Positions 1 through 15,077 of a DNA stretch of 64,000 nt are shown piece by piece. The DNA lies in the NCBI GenBank assembly GCA_951406725.2, contig OX597838.1, forward strand, positions 22,196,001 through 22,260,000, given 5' to 3'. The translations under genes and the position numbers were made by a program. The stretch comes from Octopus vulgaris (Eukaryota). The number at the start of each line of letters is the position of its first letter. The first letter of the stretch is position 1. The notes below the pieces were generated by a model. It ran no database searches and was not told the DNA's origin. It was given only the letters and a program-made list of their open reading frames with translations.

Positions 1-404
1 TTGGCTGGCACAGTTTATCTTTGGTCTACCAATCACGGTATCATTATATATCGACAATATGGCTGAAGGGAGATGTTTCGCTGGAACATTTTGCTTACTA
101 AATAAACATACGTTAGATTCTCACAAATGTACATGATACAGTGAGTTGAAAAGGAAAATAAAGCAATAACGAAATGACTGTTTATTTAACTGCGATCATC
201 CATGCAATTAATAGGGAAAGAAAAAAAGCTTCCTTACGATTAATTGGGATCATCCATGCATTTTGTACAAAAATAATTCCTGCTTAAAATCTACAAACAA
301 TAATAAGAAAGGGAGATAATTTAAGTCAGATCAGATAACTGTAATTTGGAGAAAATGAAGTTGACGTATATTATATACACTTTTCATGTTTTTATCTTTT
401 ATTT

Positions 405-490
405 TTTACTTGGCTCAGTCACTAGACTGCGGCCAAGCTGGGGCACCGGCTTGAAGAATTTTTAGTCAAATAAATCGTCACCAGTATTTA
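405..490 (-). mobile_element. 3' fragment of tRNA-derived SINE (family B), diverged
   Basis: ttacttggctcagtcactagactgcggccaagctggggcacc resembles the reverse complement of the family B tail seen at 18030-18090 and 51275-51325. Confidence 0.55.
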
Positions 491-842
491 TTTTTCTTCT
501 TTATTTTTCTATATATAGATTAGTTATTCTCACTGACTAACTCCATATCCACTGTAATCAGGAGACCACTGATAAAAGACATTCCAGTTGTGACTACCAC
601 ATTTTTTTTGGGGGGGGGGCTGCATTTCTAGAGCAAAACATTTTCCAATTTCTTCGTACTTTACTTAAAAGAAAGTTTATTCAGGGATATTGGCTACCAC
701 TTTTAGTGAGTCGAACTACGCAGTCTAGATTTCGTTATGTTCTTACACATAGGCATCACATTGTGTTTAAAAGTTTCTCTCCTTCACAGACTGATGGTTC
801 CAGTTCGATCTAGCCGTGTGGTGGTTCTTCTCTAATTTATCT

Positions 843-901
<59 letters not shown>

Positions 902-961
902 TGTATGTATGTATGTATGTATGTGTGTATGTATATATTTATATGTATATATTTATATGTA

Positions 962-1000
<39 letters not shown>

Positions 1001-1006
<6 letters not shown>

Positions 1007-1235
1007 ATCACGTGACCGACCAGACCATCGAATGATGCCACCCCGCTGGTTAAGCGAGCAGGCCAACAGAAGAAAGAATGGGAGAAAGAGTGGTGAAAGA
1101 GTACAGCAGGGATCACCACCCCCTGCCGGAGTCTCGTGGAGCTTTTAGGTGTTTTCGCTCAATAAACACTCACAACGCCTGGTCTGGGAATCGCAATCAC
1201 GATCCTGCGACCGCGAGTCCGCTGCCCTAACCACT
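1001..1235 (-). mobile_element. tRNA-derived SINE (family D)
   Basis: Minus strand begins gtagtggttagggcagcggactcgcggtcgcaggatcgtgattgcgattccc (A box, anticodon arm and degenerate B box); the 3' end cacgtgatcacgtg abuts (TA)n. Confidence 0.7.
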
Positions 1236-2266
1236 ACATACATACATACATACATACATACATACTATATATACATACATACATACATACATACATACAT
1301 ACATACATACATACATACATACATACATACATACATACATACATACATACATACATACATACATACATACATACATACATACATACATACATACGTACAT
1401 ACATACATACATACACACATACATACATACATACATACATACATACATACATACACACATACATACATACATACATAAATACATACATACATACATACAT
1501 ACATACATACATACATACATACATACATACATACGTACGTACATACATACATACATACATACATACATACATACATACATACATACATACATACATACAT
1601 ACATACATACATACATACACACATACATACATACATACATACATACATACATACATACATACATACATACATACATACATACATACATACATACATACAT
1701 ACATACATACATACATACATACATACATACATACATACGTACATACATACGTACATACATACATACATACATACATACGTACATACATACATACATACAT
1801 ACATACATACATAAATACATACATACATACATACATACACACATACATACATACATACATACATACATACATACATACATACATACATACATACATACAT
1901 ACATACATACATACATACATACATACATACATACACACACACAAACATACACACATACATACATACATACATACATACATACATACATACATACATACAT
2001 ACATACATACATACATACATACATAAATACATACATACATACATACATACATACATACATACATACATACATACGTACATACATACATACATACATACAT
2101 ACATACATACATACACACATACATACATACGTACATAAATACATACATACATACATACATACATACATACATACATACATACATACGTACATACATACAT
2201 AAATACATACATACATACATACATACATACATACATAACACACACAAACATACACACATACATACA
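1234..2266. repeat. ~1 kb (ATAC)n tetranucleotide microsatellite with sporadic variants
   Basis: Direct reading; source of the MYVC/HTYI ORFs. Confidence 0.97.
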
Positions 2267-3300
2267 TTTCGTGGACATTGAGGAAGTCCTAGAGGATGTT
2301 GTGGTTGAGTTGCTAGTGTCCCATAGAAAAAAGTTTATTTTTGGCATTGAAAGCTATAACGATATTTCTGCTTCAGCAACTCAGCACTGAATCTGTCTGA
2401 AATTTAATGGAAAATACGTAAGTTACAAAACATTGACGACCAGGTGATAAAAAGCAAAGTTTGAAGGGAATAATAGTCATTTGAAATGATATTGTGACAC
2501 CTGCAAATTTCGTGGACATTGAGGAAGTCCTAGAGGATGTTGTGGTTGAGTTGCTAGTGTCCCATAGAAAAAAGTTTATTTTTGGCATTGAAAGCTACAC
2601 AAATGCCAGAACGGGACGACACTGCATAGTGCCACAGATCTCAGCAATGCCATCACGCTTCAGGACCAGTTACTGCAACAGCTTGGGTTTCAAGGGTCCA
2701 CAGCTTTTTAATATTCTCCCAAAGAGTTTGAGGAACTTGCACAAAGTAGATGTAGGGGTTTTTAAATCAAAGCTGGACCTCTTCCTGTCGAGAGTCCCAG
2801 ATGAACCTACCTCACGGCAAGAGGTGCAAATGAGGGTAGCTATATCAAACTCCATGCTTCACCAAGTGCCACATATTAGAGGAGGCTCTTAGTAAGAACA
2901 GTGTAGCAAAACGGCGGTGCATCAGCACGACCACAATTTAGAAATAGCTAAGACTCTACTCCCTGGAGAGAAGACGGGAGAGGTATGCAGTAATATATAT
3001 CTGGAAAATCCTCTGCAACAGCTTGGGTTTCAAGGGCCCACAGCTTTTTAATATTCTCTCAAAGAGTCTGAGGAACTTGCACAAAATAGATGTAACGGTT
3101 TTTAAATCAAAGCTGAACCTCTTCCTGTCGAGAGTCCCAGATGAACCTACCTCACGGCAAGAGGTGCAAATGATGGTAGCTATATCAAACTCCATTCTTC
3201 ACCAAGCGCCACATATTAGAGGAGGCTCTTAGTAGTAACAGTGTAGCAAAATGGCGGTGCATCAGCATGGCCGCAGCTCTGAGCTGAAACTAGAGAAAAA
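2267..3300 (+). mobile_element. Rearranged CR1/L2-group LINE 3' fragments (two tandem 3' ends)
   Basis: ORFs 2494-2892 and 3023-3232 end in GPQLFNILPKSLRN...FKSKLDLFLSRVPDEP; 2945-3010 encodes LRLYSLERRRERYAVIYIWKI; 2267-2357 duplicates 2508-2597; A-rich tail near 3295. Confidence 0.8.
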
Positions 3301-3620
3301 AAAAATAATAAAGGGTTGATACTGTTAGGAAAAGAGCAAGCTAAGGATATAGAGTAGAAGAATAGAATTCCACTAATTCCATTAAAATTGAGAGAAAAGA
3401 ACATTAATTAGAATATTAGTAAAGAGATGGAAGTTATGGAAGATGGTCTGCAAGATTTTGATAAAAACCCTCATCTTGAATGTAATAAAAATCATTACAA
3501 GAAAGGGTTTAGAAGAAGAGGCTTACCCAGCTGGATAAAGAAACGATGCGCTATAAATAAGTAGATGCTAACGGTGTGAGACAGTTTCCTCACCGTTTCA
3601 ATAGCTATAATTCCACCACT

Positions 3621-4293
3621 ACCTATTTCTTTACTACCCACAAGGGGCTAAACACAGAGGGGGACAAACAAGGACAGACAAACGTATTAAGTCGATTACA
3701 TCGATCCCAGTGCGTAACTGGTGCTTAATTTATCGACCCCGAAAGGATGAAAGGCAAAGTCGACCTCGGAGGAATTTGAACTCAGAACGTAACGGCAGAC
3801 GAAATACCTATTTCTTTATTACCCACAAGGGGCTGAACACAGAGGGGACAAACATGGACAGACAAACGTATTAAGTCGATTACATCAATCCCAGTGCGTA
3901 ACTGGTGCTTAATTTATCGACGCCGAAAGGATGAAAGGCAAAGTCGACCTCGGCGGAATTTGAACTCAGAACGTAAGGCAGACGAAATACCGCTTAGCAT
4001 TTCGCCCGGCTTGCTAACGTTTCTGCCAGCTCGCCGCCTTACTTAATTTCACCACTACCTATTTCTTTACTACCCACAAGGGGCTAAACACAGAGGGGGA
4101 CAAACAAGGACAGACAAACGTATTAAGTCGATTACATCGATCCCAGTGCGTAACTGGTGCTTAATTTATCGACCCCGAAAGGATGAAAGGCAAAGTCGAC
4201 CTCGGCGGAATTTGAACTTAGAACGTAACGGCAGACGAAATACCGCTTAGCATTTCGCCCGGCTTGCTAACGTTTCTGCCAGTTCGCCGCCTT
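3621..4293 (-). mobile_element. Tandem cluster of three Meta-domain-type tRNA SINEs (family A)
   Basis: Repeated gaccccgaaaggatgaaaggcaaagtcgacctcggcggaatttgaactcag (reverse complement gcctttcatcctttcggggtcg resembles the MetaSINE central domain); heads ggcggcgagctggcagaa at about 4038 and 4291. Confidence 0.85.
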
Positions 4294-4694
4294 ACTTAAT
4301 TCCACCACTACCAACGACTCCAACCCTCGCACAGTAGACAACATCTTTTGCGATAAGAGCGTACCCTATTGTGTTATTACGATTTTTATTTACTTCCACC
4401 GGTATTTCTTTTCAAATGTTTTCTTTGTGATGAGGGGCCTATATATTGTACTACGTATTGTTAGATGCTATTTATTTTTTATGCATAAAAAGTGATCGTG
4501 TTATCAATTTATTTATTTATTTATGTAGATATCTATTTTTGCTCTGTTTAGTAAGAAAAAAAATGTCTGTCGAAATAGATTACCACTTTATAATCCGCAA
4601 AAATCATTGGAAGACTATTTCGTGACACCTGACGTTTCGTCACGACAGGTTTTTAGGAATTTATTGCAACTCTGTACGGCGAAGGATTCCTACA

Positions 4695-4696
4695 CG

Positions 4697-4728
<32 letters not shown>

Positions 4729-4752
4729 AACATGTAAATGTACATAACATTT

Positions 4753-4805
<53 letters not shown>

Positions 4806-4838
4806 AATATATACTTGATATATCTCCTAGCATATGTA

Positions 4839-4879
<41 letters not shown>

Positions 4880-4921
4880 TTATATATATATGAATTTATA
4901 CGGATATATATGTGTGTATAT

Positions 4922-4966
<45 letters not shown>

Positions 4967-5050
4967 TATACATATATATATGCATATATATATTCATCTT
5001 AATATATACATGTATACATATATGTATATATACATACATATATATATATA

Positions 5051-5082
<32 letters not shown>

Positions 5083-5603
5083 CATACATATATATATATA
5101 TATACATATATATACATACATACATATTGCATGTATGTGTGTGTTGTGTTAACTCTCTCTCCCTCTCTCCCCGCCTCTCTCTCTCTCTCTCTCTCTCCCC
5201 CTCCCTCTCTCTCTCTCTCATTCTGTCATGGCGTCTGGCAGATTTGGAACAGATGTCTTCGTGTGACGAAAGTTCGTCGTACGACCGACATTCAAATGGC
5301 GGGCACCGCGTTTTCTTTCCACTCAGCTTTACATTATTTGACACATCCATCCGTTTTTAGTTGTTAGGATAAGATTTGAAGGAGATTTAGTTGCCAATAT
5401 GGCGCGTGGTGATGAACTGATTGCAGTTGTTGCTACTGTTGTTGTTTTAGTGGTTTTGTTCATTTTGTTGTTGTTCTTGTTATTGTTGTTGCCACTAGCA
5501 ATGTTTGTTGTTATTGTTTTACAACATCGTATTTTCCAGACAAAATCAATTCCAGTCTTTTCATATCTTCTGCTCCGATTAATATATTTGACTCAGTGAT
5601 TGG

Positions 5604-5697
<94 letters not shown>

Positions 5698-5976
5698 GTC
5701 TATCTATCTATATCTATACATCTATCTACACGACAATCATTTATCTATCTTTTTTATGTATATATATGTATATATATATATATGTATGTATATATATATA
5801 TGTATATATATGTATATATATATATGTATATATATGTATATATATGTAAATATATATATACGTATATATACACATGCATACATATATGTGTGCGTATGTA
5901 TGTGTGTATGTATATGAATATTCATAATATATATATATATATATCTTATATATATATATTACATAGGATAAATATA

Positions 5977-6030
<54 letters not shown>

Positions 6031-6293
6031 CCTATAATCATATATATATGTATGCATGCATATTTATATATATACATATATATATATACATATATACATA
6101 TATATATATGCATATATATTTATATATACTACCATATACACGCATATACATACATATAAACATATATTATATATACATATATATGTATATATATACGTAT
6201 ATACATACATAAATACATATATAAATATATATATATATACACACACACATATATATATACCCTTCAGGCCAATCTAAAAGTTTTTCTTTCTAC

Positions 6294-6325
<32 letters not shown>

Positions 6326-6360
6326 ACTATCAATCTATCTCTATATCTAACTATACTTAT
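4695..6360. repeat. Compound microsatellite block (CA)n/(TA)n/(CT)n/(ATCT)n with short unique islands
   Basis: Direct reading. Confidence 0.9.
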
Positions 6361-6611
6361 ATGTCTGTTATATATTTAATTATTTTTTTTGTCTCTAATA
6401 TAAATATTTATTTCATTCACCCGCTTCACACAAGAATCCCATTCCATTCGACTTCTTAATTATTCTAACCGTGGTTTGTCTCAAATGACAAAAAAAAAAG
6501 AAAGAATAATGAAAAAGAAAGAAGAGGCAAAAAGAAGGAAATGAAAAGAAACAATACGTTGTACCAACAAAACGGATAAGAATACAAAAAAATTACATCA
6601 GTAATTTTGTT

Positions 6612-6612
6612 G

Positions 6613-6673
<61 letters not shown>

Positions 6674-6677
6674 CAAC

Positions 6678-6718
<41 letters not shown>

Positions 6719-6728
6719 CAACAACAAC

Positions 6729-6781
<53 letters not shown>

Positions 6782-6785
6782 CAAC

Positions 6786-6820
<35 letters not shown>

Positions 6821-6827
6821 CAACAAC

Positions 6828-6861
<34 letters not shown>

Positions 6862-6908
6862 TGAGAATGATAATAATGATAATAATGAGAATGATAATAA
6901 TAATAATA

Positions 6909-6952
<44 letters not shown>

Positions 6953-6965
6953 AATGATAATAATG

Positions 6966-7018
<53 letters not shown>

Positions 7019-7028
7019 AATAATAATG

Positions 7029-7068
<40 letters not shown>

Positions 7069-7216
7069 TAATAATAATGATAATAATAATAATAATAATA
7101 AAAACGAAAATACAGCTACAGCTACTACTATCACTTTACTACTACTACTACTATTGCTACTACTACTAACAGTAATGGTGATGATGACGATGGCGACGAC
7201 CACGACGACGACCATA

Positions 7217-7248
<32 letters not shown>

Positions 7249-7265
7249 AACAGTTGTAATGATAA
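6612..7265. repeat. (TAA)n/(CAA)n/(CTA)n/(TGA)n trinucleotide array
   Basis: Direct reading; source of the poly-I/L/Y ORFs. Confidence 0.95.
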
Positions 7266-7529
7266 TAAAAGTTTCTTTATTAACGACTTAGTGTTTACGA
7301 TAAGATTGAGGACGTTGCAAACGGAGGACATTTTGAGATTAAATGAAAGAGCGTTTAAGCGGAAAATAACTATAAGAATGCATTCCAAAAATGAATGATT
7401 CCCTCCAAAGAGAACGATTCCGCGGAATTCTTGTGGAGACGCCAGAAAACCATGGTTAACCCTGACCCCTCAGTCAAGTGCCTTCTACTTTCTTCCTCCT
7501 TCTCGTCTACGGGCGATTGCTCAAAGCAT

Positions 7530-7755
7530 ATATTTCTGTATTGCCCACAAGGGGCTAAACATAGAGGGGAGAAAGAAGGACAGACAAATGAATTAAGTCG
7601 ATTACATCGACCCCAGTGCGTAAGTGGAACTTATTTAATCGACCCCGAAAGGATGAAAGGCAAAGTCGACCTCGGCGAAATTTGAACTCAGAACGTAACG
7701 GCAGACGAAATACCGCTAAGCATTTCGCCCAGTGTGCTAACGTTTCTGCCAGCTC
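7530..7755 (-). mobile_element. SINE family A
   Basis: Matches the 3621-4293 units. Confidence 0.85.
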
Positions 7756-7949
7756 AGAGCATATCATGCCCATACACTCGGACCATGCTGACCACTCTCA
7801 TCCCTTTTTCGACAAATTCATTGGGAGGGGGTATTTCCTTATTCACTCTCGGCTTTTTTTTTACAAGCGAAAATGTTAATGAGGGATTAACTAGAGATGG
7901 TATATGTCCCCAGCTCTTTCAATCTGATCCACCTCCACTTAATATAAAA

Positions 7950-8215
7950 TCCCCTTCGGTCATAAATGACCTTAGGATTGCTCCTAGGATGTTCTCCTCC
8001 GAGGCACAAGCCCGGCCAAGCAGTTGCCCATGCACACCTGCCTCTCCACACCGCTGATGTTATCCAAGAGAAAGGCAAAGGGGCCGATACAGCTTGGCAC
8101 CAGTGACGTCACAACTCATTTCTACAGCCAAGTGAAATGGAGCAACATGAAATAAAGTGTATTGCTCAAAAACACAACACAGCCTGGTCCGGGAATAGAA
8201 CTCACTACCTCATGA
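7950..8215 (-). mobile_element. tRNA-derived SINE (family C)
   Basis: Homologous to 16800-17127 (ccccttcggtcataa...aaaggcaaaggggccgatacagcttggcaccagtg...ccgggaatagaactc). Confidence 0.8.
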
Positions 8216-8817
8216 CGCTATTTCTGCTTCAGCAACTCAGTGCTGAATCTGTCTGAAATGTAATGAAAACTAAGTGAGTTTCAAAACATTGATGTCCAGA
8301 TGACAAAATCAAAGTTTGAAGGGAATAGTAGTGATTTCCTTTGATTTCTAGAAAGAAGCAAATAGGAAATGAAACTTACTGAGCAAAGACAAAAATATGT
8401 ATAAAATTTTGTTATATAGTGTAACCAGATCAGTCTCACACGTGACAACAAGTGTTCGACATAAACGCTCGAGTAAGCAACGTTCACAAATTGGGGGAGT
8501 TTCTACAGAAAAGATGCGTCACTCTGCACATATCCCAGGTAGGTTCAACTGAGGGCAATCCCGTGTCTCTAAAATTTGATGTACCCATCCACGCTATCTA
8601 GCAGCAATGCCAGGGTAGAGATTCCTGGAAATTATATATGGGCCTCGTGCACAAAGCCCTCCGAAGGAAACCAACAACCTGATTTTCTGTCGACATTCAG
8701 AGTCACCAGGAGGACGTCGTTTTGACGCCACTAGCCCCATACAGAATACCATGAGAGAAATACCCCGATCGCAAGGTCCTATGTGGATGGCTGAGAGGTT
8801 TAGACAAGATTCCATAT

Positions 8818-9017
8818 CAGTGGTTCTTAGCCAATTTTTACCTATTGACCACTCTGATTTTTATTTTACACCAACGGACCCTAACAAACTTTCGATGCTT
8901 AAAACGATCCCTTTATATTTTTTTAATGAAATATTAGGAATATTATAAAACAAACTGTTGTATAAACAATTTATTTTAGCAACAAAATTTTATATGGACC
9001 CCGGTTGAGAACGGCTG
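8818..9017. mobile_element. hAT-like MITE
   Basis: Imperfect TIRs cagtggttcttagcc / ggttgagaacggctg, similar to the CAGTGGTTCTCAACC ends of hAT-Charlie elements; any 8-bp TSD is degenerate. Confidence 0.5.
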
Positions 9018-9637
9018 TTGTAGATACTAAGCACCCAGTCGTAGTCTTTGCTTGATTCAAGAGTTCGGCTCTTTCAAAGGGACTAGCAACGGAAACTCGT
9101 CTGGCAAACGGGGAAAACTCATGTTCACCGTCAAGAAATTTTCAGAGACATCACAGCGGCAACGCGACACGAGCCTCAGTTCTTGTACAGTCCTTCACTC
9201 AGCTGGTATTCACAACTGATGGGAACGTTGACTTCCCTTTGCAAATATTGATAGGGCACAGATAGTGGGTCAATAGCCAGCTGGAGGATGTATTTTGGGG
9301 GCTACAAGTTACAGTTGCATCAACCCTAAAGGGCTACATACATTTAGGTGGCATATATACTTCACGAGATATTCATATATATATATATATATGTATATAT
9401 GTGTGTGTGTGTGTGTGTGTGTATGTGTGTATGTGTATGTGTATACATGTATATATTATGTATGTATATATATATATATATATTTACTCATACATATATA
9501 TATATACACACATATATGCCTGCATACATACATACCTACAAATAATGCACAGGTACACGAAAATATGCATATATATATATATACATATATCTATATATGT
9601 ATATATATATATACATATATATACATACAAACATACA

Positions 9638-9705
<68 letters not shown>

Positions 9706-9853
9706 CATATATATATTGGTGGTGCTATTTGAAATTGCAATGTAGGTCAGAAACTGTATCTTTCTTCATTAAGAATCTAGAAATAAAAATAAGTATGCAC
9801 GCATACACACACAACCCACACATATATAAGTATATATACATATATATATATAA

Positions 9854-9912
<59 letters not shown>

Positions 9913-9954
9913 TATATATGTATATATGTATATATATATATATATATATACATA

Positions 9955-10013
<59 letters not shown>

Positions 10014-10284
10014 TTATATATCAGCAGATTGAATTATATGTGAAAAAGAGAAGAGAGAGGGGGTTTAGAGCACGGAATAGTGACACGTATAAAACGGGAG
10101 CTAGTGAGAGAGTTTCTGAGAAAGGAGCGAAAAGAAGGAGGAAGAAATAGAAAGACTGAAACAAAGAAGGAAATGAAGGAAGGAAGGAAGGAAAAAAAAA
10201 TAAGAGAAGATGAAAAAAGCGTGAATTATTAAGTGGGGTATTATAGCGTGAGGTGATAGGGACGCGTGTATATACGTACATACA

Positions 10285-10377
<93 letters not shown>

Positions 10378-10444
10378 ATATATATGTATGTACGTATATA
10401 TATATGTATATATACATATAATTATATGTATATATTTGTATATG

Positions 10445-10478
<34 letters not shown>

Positions 10479-10480
10479 CG

Positions 10481-10513
<33 letters not shown>

Positions 10514-10540
10514 GCATGCATACATACATATTTGTATATA

Positions 10541-10576
<36 letters not shown>

Positions 10577-10631
10577 ATATATACACACATACATATATAT
10601 ATACACACATACATACATACACACACGCCTC

Positions 10632-10662
<31 letters not shown>

Positions 10663-10901
10663 CACACACAAACAGGCAAAAATAACAAAGGGTGGGGTTG
10701 CGACTAAGTGTGCCAGAGAATGAGAGACAAGAATATTGAATGCAGAGTGCCATCTGGGAATGAGTGAATATCTGCAAACTCGGTAGAATCTCTGGAGATG
10801 CTAATAGATGTAGGTAATGCAGGCAATCATGGGCAGGCATATATCTGTGTGTGTGTCTGTGTGTGTGTGTGTGTGAGTATGTATATGTATATGTATGTAT
10901 G

Positions 10902-10946
<45 letters not shown>

Positions 10947-11132
10947 TAGTGCGTGTTTTCCTTTGTAGGTGTGTGTATGTGCATTCGTGCGTGTGTATGT
11001 ATGTTTATATATATATATATATATATATACATACACATATATGTATACATAAATATATATTTGCATGCGTGCATATATGTTAATAAATATATGTGCGTGT
11101 ACCTATATATGCATATATGTATGTATATATGC

Positions 11133-11176
<44 letters not shown>

Positions 11177-11300
11177 CCAAAAAATAATAAGCAACAAGAA
11201 TGGATCGGTAGTTTAGTACAATTGTTTCATACTATAACAATTTATTAAAGCTGATGCACATATAAATACATACATATATACATATATATACACACACTCA

Positions 11301-11398
<98 letters not shown>

Positions 11399-11499
11399 AT
11401 TATATTATATATACATATATATATTATATTATTAAATGATTGAACGCAACGTCTCCATTTCCAGGTAAGTATATCTTAATAATTTTGATGCGACTCTAC

Positions 11500-12141
11500 C
11501 CTATACTGTTCTCTCTCTCCCCTTTTCGTTTTCTCTCTTCCTTTATCTAATCATTTCTCTCCCCTTCTCCTCCTTTCTTTTTTTCTCTCGCATCCTTTTT
11601 CTAATTCTTTTTCTCGCCTTCACCGTTTTCTGTCTGTCTATCACTCTCTCTCTTCCCCTCTCTCTTTCTCCTTTACTCTCTCTCTCTCTCTCGTTGCTCA
11701 CACGTAACCATCGTCCATCTTTCTTTTCCTCATGTGATCATTTTCCTTTACTCTGTCTTACAGACCAGACGCATTCTTATCTGCCTCCTCTTCTATCTTT
11801 TCCGTTGTCAAAGACAGTATTCATCCAGCGTTCGCTACCTTACCTCGTTTGGCCTAACGGCCGTCCATGTTTGCTTTCGTTCGATATCCTTGTATGTCTT
11901 CACTGTCCTGTTTTAGTTACCAACTTTGGCCCACCTCAAATCCTAATTTTTTTGGCTTTTGTGAGGCCTCATATTGTTCTTAACTGCTCGAAATAAGGAG
12001 TAGATGGTCAGCCGACAACGGATGAAGGATCATTCTTTATGTTACCTGGCTGGTTTTCCATTTGTTTCTCTTGTTCGCATACCCAAGTTTGTCTTCGTAT
12101 TTGTTTTTGTATTTCATGTTTACGTTTTGTGAGTACTGTAC

Positions 12142-12145
<4 letters not shown>
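11500..12145 (+). mobile_element. Non-coding repeat element (CT-rich block plus conserved 3' part) ending in (TA)n; homologous to 54953-55430 (minus)
   Basis: cgaaataaggagtagatggtcagccgacaacggatgaaggatc...gtacccatata matches the reverse complement of 54953-55085. Confidence 0.6.
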
Positions 12146-12178
<33 letters not shown>

Positions 12179-12268
12179 TACACACACAATATATATGTAT
12201 ATATATATATATATTTATATATACACACACAATATATCTATGAAAGATATACATATATACTTAGACAC

Positions 12269-12319
<51 letters not shown>

Positions 12320-12431
12320 TAGAGACAAAACCACTATTATGCAAATCAAACAAAAAGACTTAATCCAATACATAAATTAATTTATATTATTTAGTAATAT
12401 ATATATAATACATATATATATTCTATATATA

Positions 12432-13314
12432 CAGGGTGTGATGGGTAAATTGCCGTCAAGTTATATTTTTAATTTCGGCATGTACATTGTTTTGGATTTC
12501 ATCGACAACACAGTATAGTAGAGTCAGTTGCGAACTGTCTGTGAGAAAAACAGCACCATGACGCAATTCACTCTACCAGAAATTCGGAAACTACATACTG
12601 CACAGCTTGGCATTGGCGCTGGAAGCTCCAATATGAACTTTTCAGAGTGGCTCAGTGTCAATTTCATGACAGTGTAATCTGAGGACATGTGCTGAGTGAT
12701 AAAAATCAAACATCTAGTCATCATAATGGTGTTTGGAGTGATCTCTAATGATGGCGACGTTATCTTTCGTTCATCTTTCCATACGTCCTGAGACTCAACA
12801 TGGAAATTTACATCAAGTGCCTGGAGGAGGTAGTACTGCTCTTGGTCAAGAAGGTGGCTGTTAGAAGACCCTATGTCTGGCAACAGGTCTCTGCACCAGG
12901 CCAGGCCACACAAACAAGAGAACCCAGTTATGCCTCTCAAGCAATTTCTGCGACCATATCACCCCTAATATTTGGTCACCTAAATCCCCGGACAACAACT
13001 CCTTGATTATTATGTGTGGGGCGTAGTTGAGCCAGAAGACAAACTAATCTCATTCAAACACCGAACTGAAGGCAAGTATTATGGCAGATTTGACCAACTT
13101 AAACAAGGAGACACTCCAGAAGAGTTGCAGGAGATTCCTAAGTCGTCTGAAGGCCATAATTGAAGCTAATGGCGATTTTATTGAATAAATTTACTATTTA
13201 ATATTTCGAGATATTTTTATGCAATTTTTGGTAAATATATCTGTTAAAATGAGATGTCAGTGTTATTTTCATTTTTGTGTAGTTTAGACGACAATTTATT
13301 CACCGCAAACACTG
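12432..13314 (+). mobile_element. Tc1/mariner-superfamily DNA transposon remnant with internally deleted transposase
   Basis: TA-flanked TIRs cagggtgtgatgggtaaattgccgtc / gacgacaatttattcaccgcaaacactg; frameshifted peptide IMVFGVISNDG..YIKCLEEVVL..YVWQQVSAPG..(W)SP..SPD..DYYVWGVVE. Confidence 0.85.
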
Positions 13315-13370
<56 letters not shown>

Positions 13371-13450
13371 GAGATAAAACCACTATTAGGCAAATCAATT
13401 TTTCCCTGATTTTTCCCTGTAAGTTTGGATTTATTCCCTAATATTTTATT

Positions 13451-13481
<31 letters not shown>

Positions 13482-13605
13482 GTATATAGGAGTAAGCGTG
13501 TATGTCTGTGTATATGTGTGTGTGTTCTGCCTATACATATGTGATGGTCTTGTTCAATATATCTACAAGTAGTCACATACAATACATACATACACACACA
13601 CACAC

Positions 13606-13654
<49 letters not shown>

Positions 13655-13811
13655 TATATATATCGACTTCCCTGTGTTAGCCTGCTGGTTATATTTATGT
13701 TATTATTTTGTCTCTATATAAGTAATAAATTATTCTCCGTTGCCGCCTCTCACCTCGCACTGCACCGCTTTCTCTCAATATCTCGATTCACACTATTGCG
13801 TATGTATCTAT

Positions 13812-13866
<55 letters not shown>

Positions 13867-14524
13867 GTGTGTGTGTATCTATTTATATATATGTGTGTGA
13901 GTGTATATATATATATATATATATATTTATATACACACGCTCACACGCTTATATATAATTTATATCATACCTTTCCATCTGTATCGGAAACTATCCATAT
14001 ATTTTCTCCTGGTTTTCAAACCATTTCTTTATCCTTACTTCTCTCTCTCTCTCTTTCTCTCTTTCTTTATTTATTTCTCTCTCCTCCTTCCTGCTCTATA
14101 TTTCTCGCTCTCTCTCTGTCGTCTCTCTCTCTCTCTCATTTCTATCTCTCCTCCTCCCCCCTCTCTCCCTATGACTCTCATCGCATTTCGAAATGATTAA
14201 TTATTACTACATATATATATATGTCGATAGCTGTTGCTCTGTGGATGTGTTCGAGCCTCCGTTTCTCTCTCTCTCTCTCTCCCTCTCTCTATATATATAT
14301 GTTTGTGTGTGTGTGTGTGCGCGTGTGTGTGTGTTTGTGTGCGTGTGTGTGTGTATTTCTGTGTATTTTGTGTGTATGGGTCTGTATACATATATATATA
14401 TATATACATATATCTGTATATATATGTCTATATATATATATATGTATTTCTTTCTCTTTCTCTCTCTCTCTCTAAATATATATATATATATTTATATATA
14501 TATATATATATATATATACTCTTT

Positions 14525-14754
14525 CTCTTTTACTCTTTTACTTGTTTCATTCATTTGACTGTGGCCAGGCAGGAGCACCGCCTTTTAGTCGAACACATCG
14601 ACCCCAGGACTTATTCTTTGTAAGCCTAGTACTTATTCTATCGGTCTCTTTTGCCGAACCGCTAAGTTACGGGGGACGTAAACACACGAGCATCGGTTGT
14701 CAAGCGATATTGGGGGCGGGACAAAAACAGACACAAACATATACACACACATAC

Positions 14755-14823
<69 letters not shown>

Positions 14824-14921
14824 TACGACGGGCTTCTTTCAGTTTCTGTCTACCAAATCCACTCTCAAGGCTTTGGTCGTCCCGAGGCTATAGTAGAAGA
14901 CACTTGCCCAAGGTGCCATGC
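14525..14921 (-). mobile_element. SINE family B, 5' truncated, with internal (TA)n expansion
   Basis: Reverse complement of 17755-18090. Confidence 0.88.
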
Positions 14922-14922
14922 A

Positions 14923-14987
<65 letters not shown>

Positions 14988-15007
14988 AATAGATAGACTG
15001 ACATCTG

Positions 15008-15077
<70 letters not shown>

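Noticed and set aside
1227-2347. Long 340-360 aa ORFs (MYVC repeats)
   Set aside because: Translations of (ATAC)n, which has no stop codons
3300-3560. Very degenerate RT-like fragment (DFDK.PH)
   Set aside because: Too decayed to call with confidence
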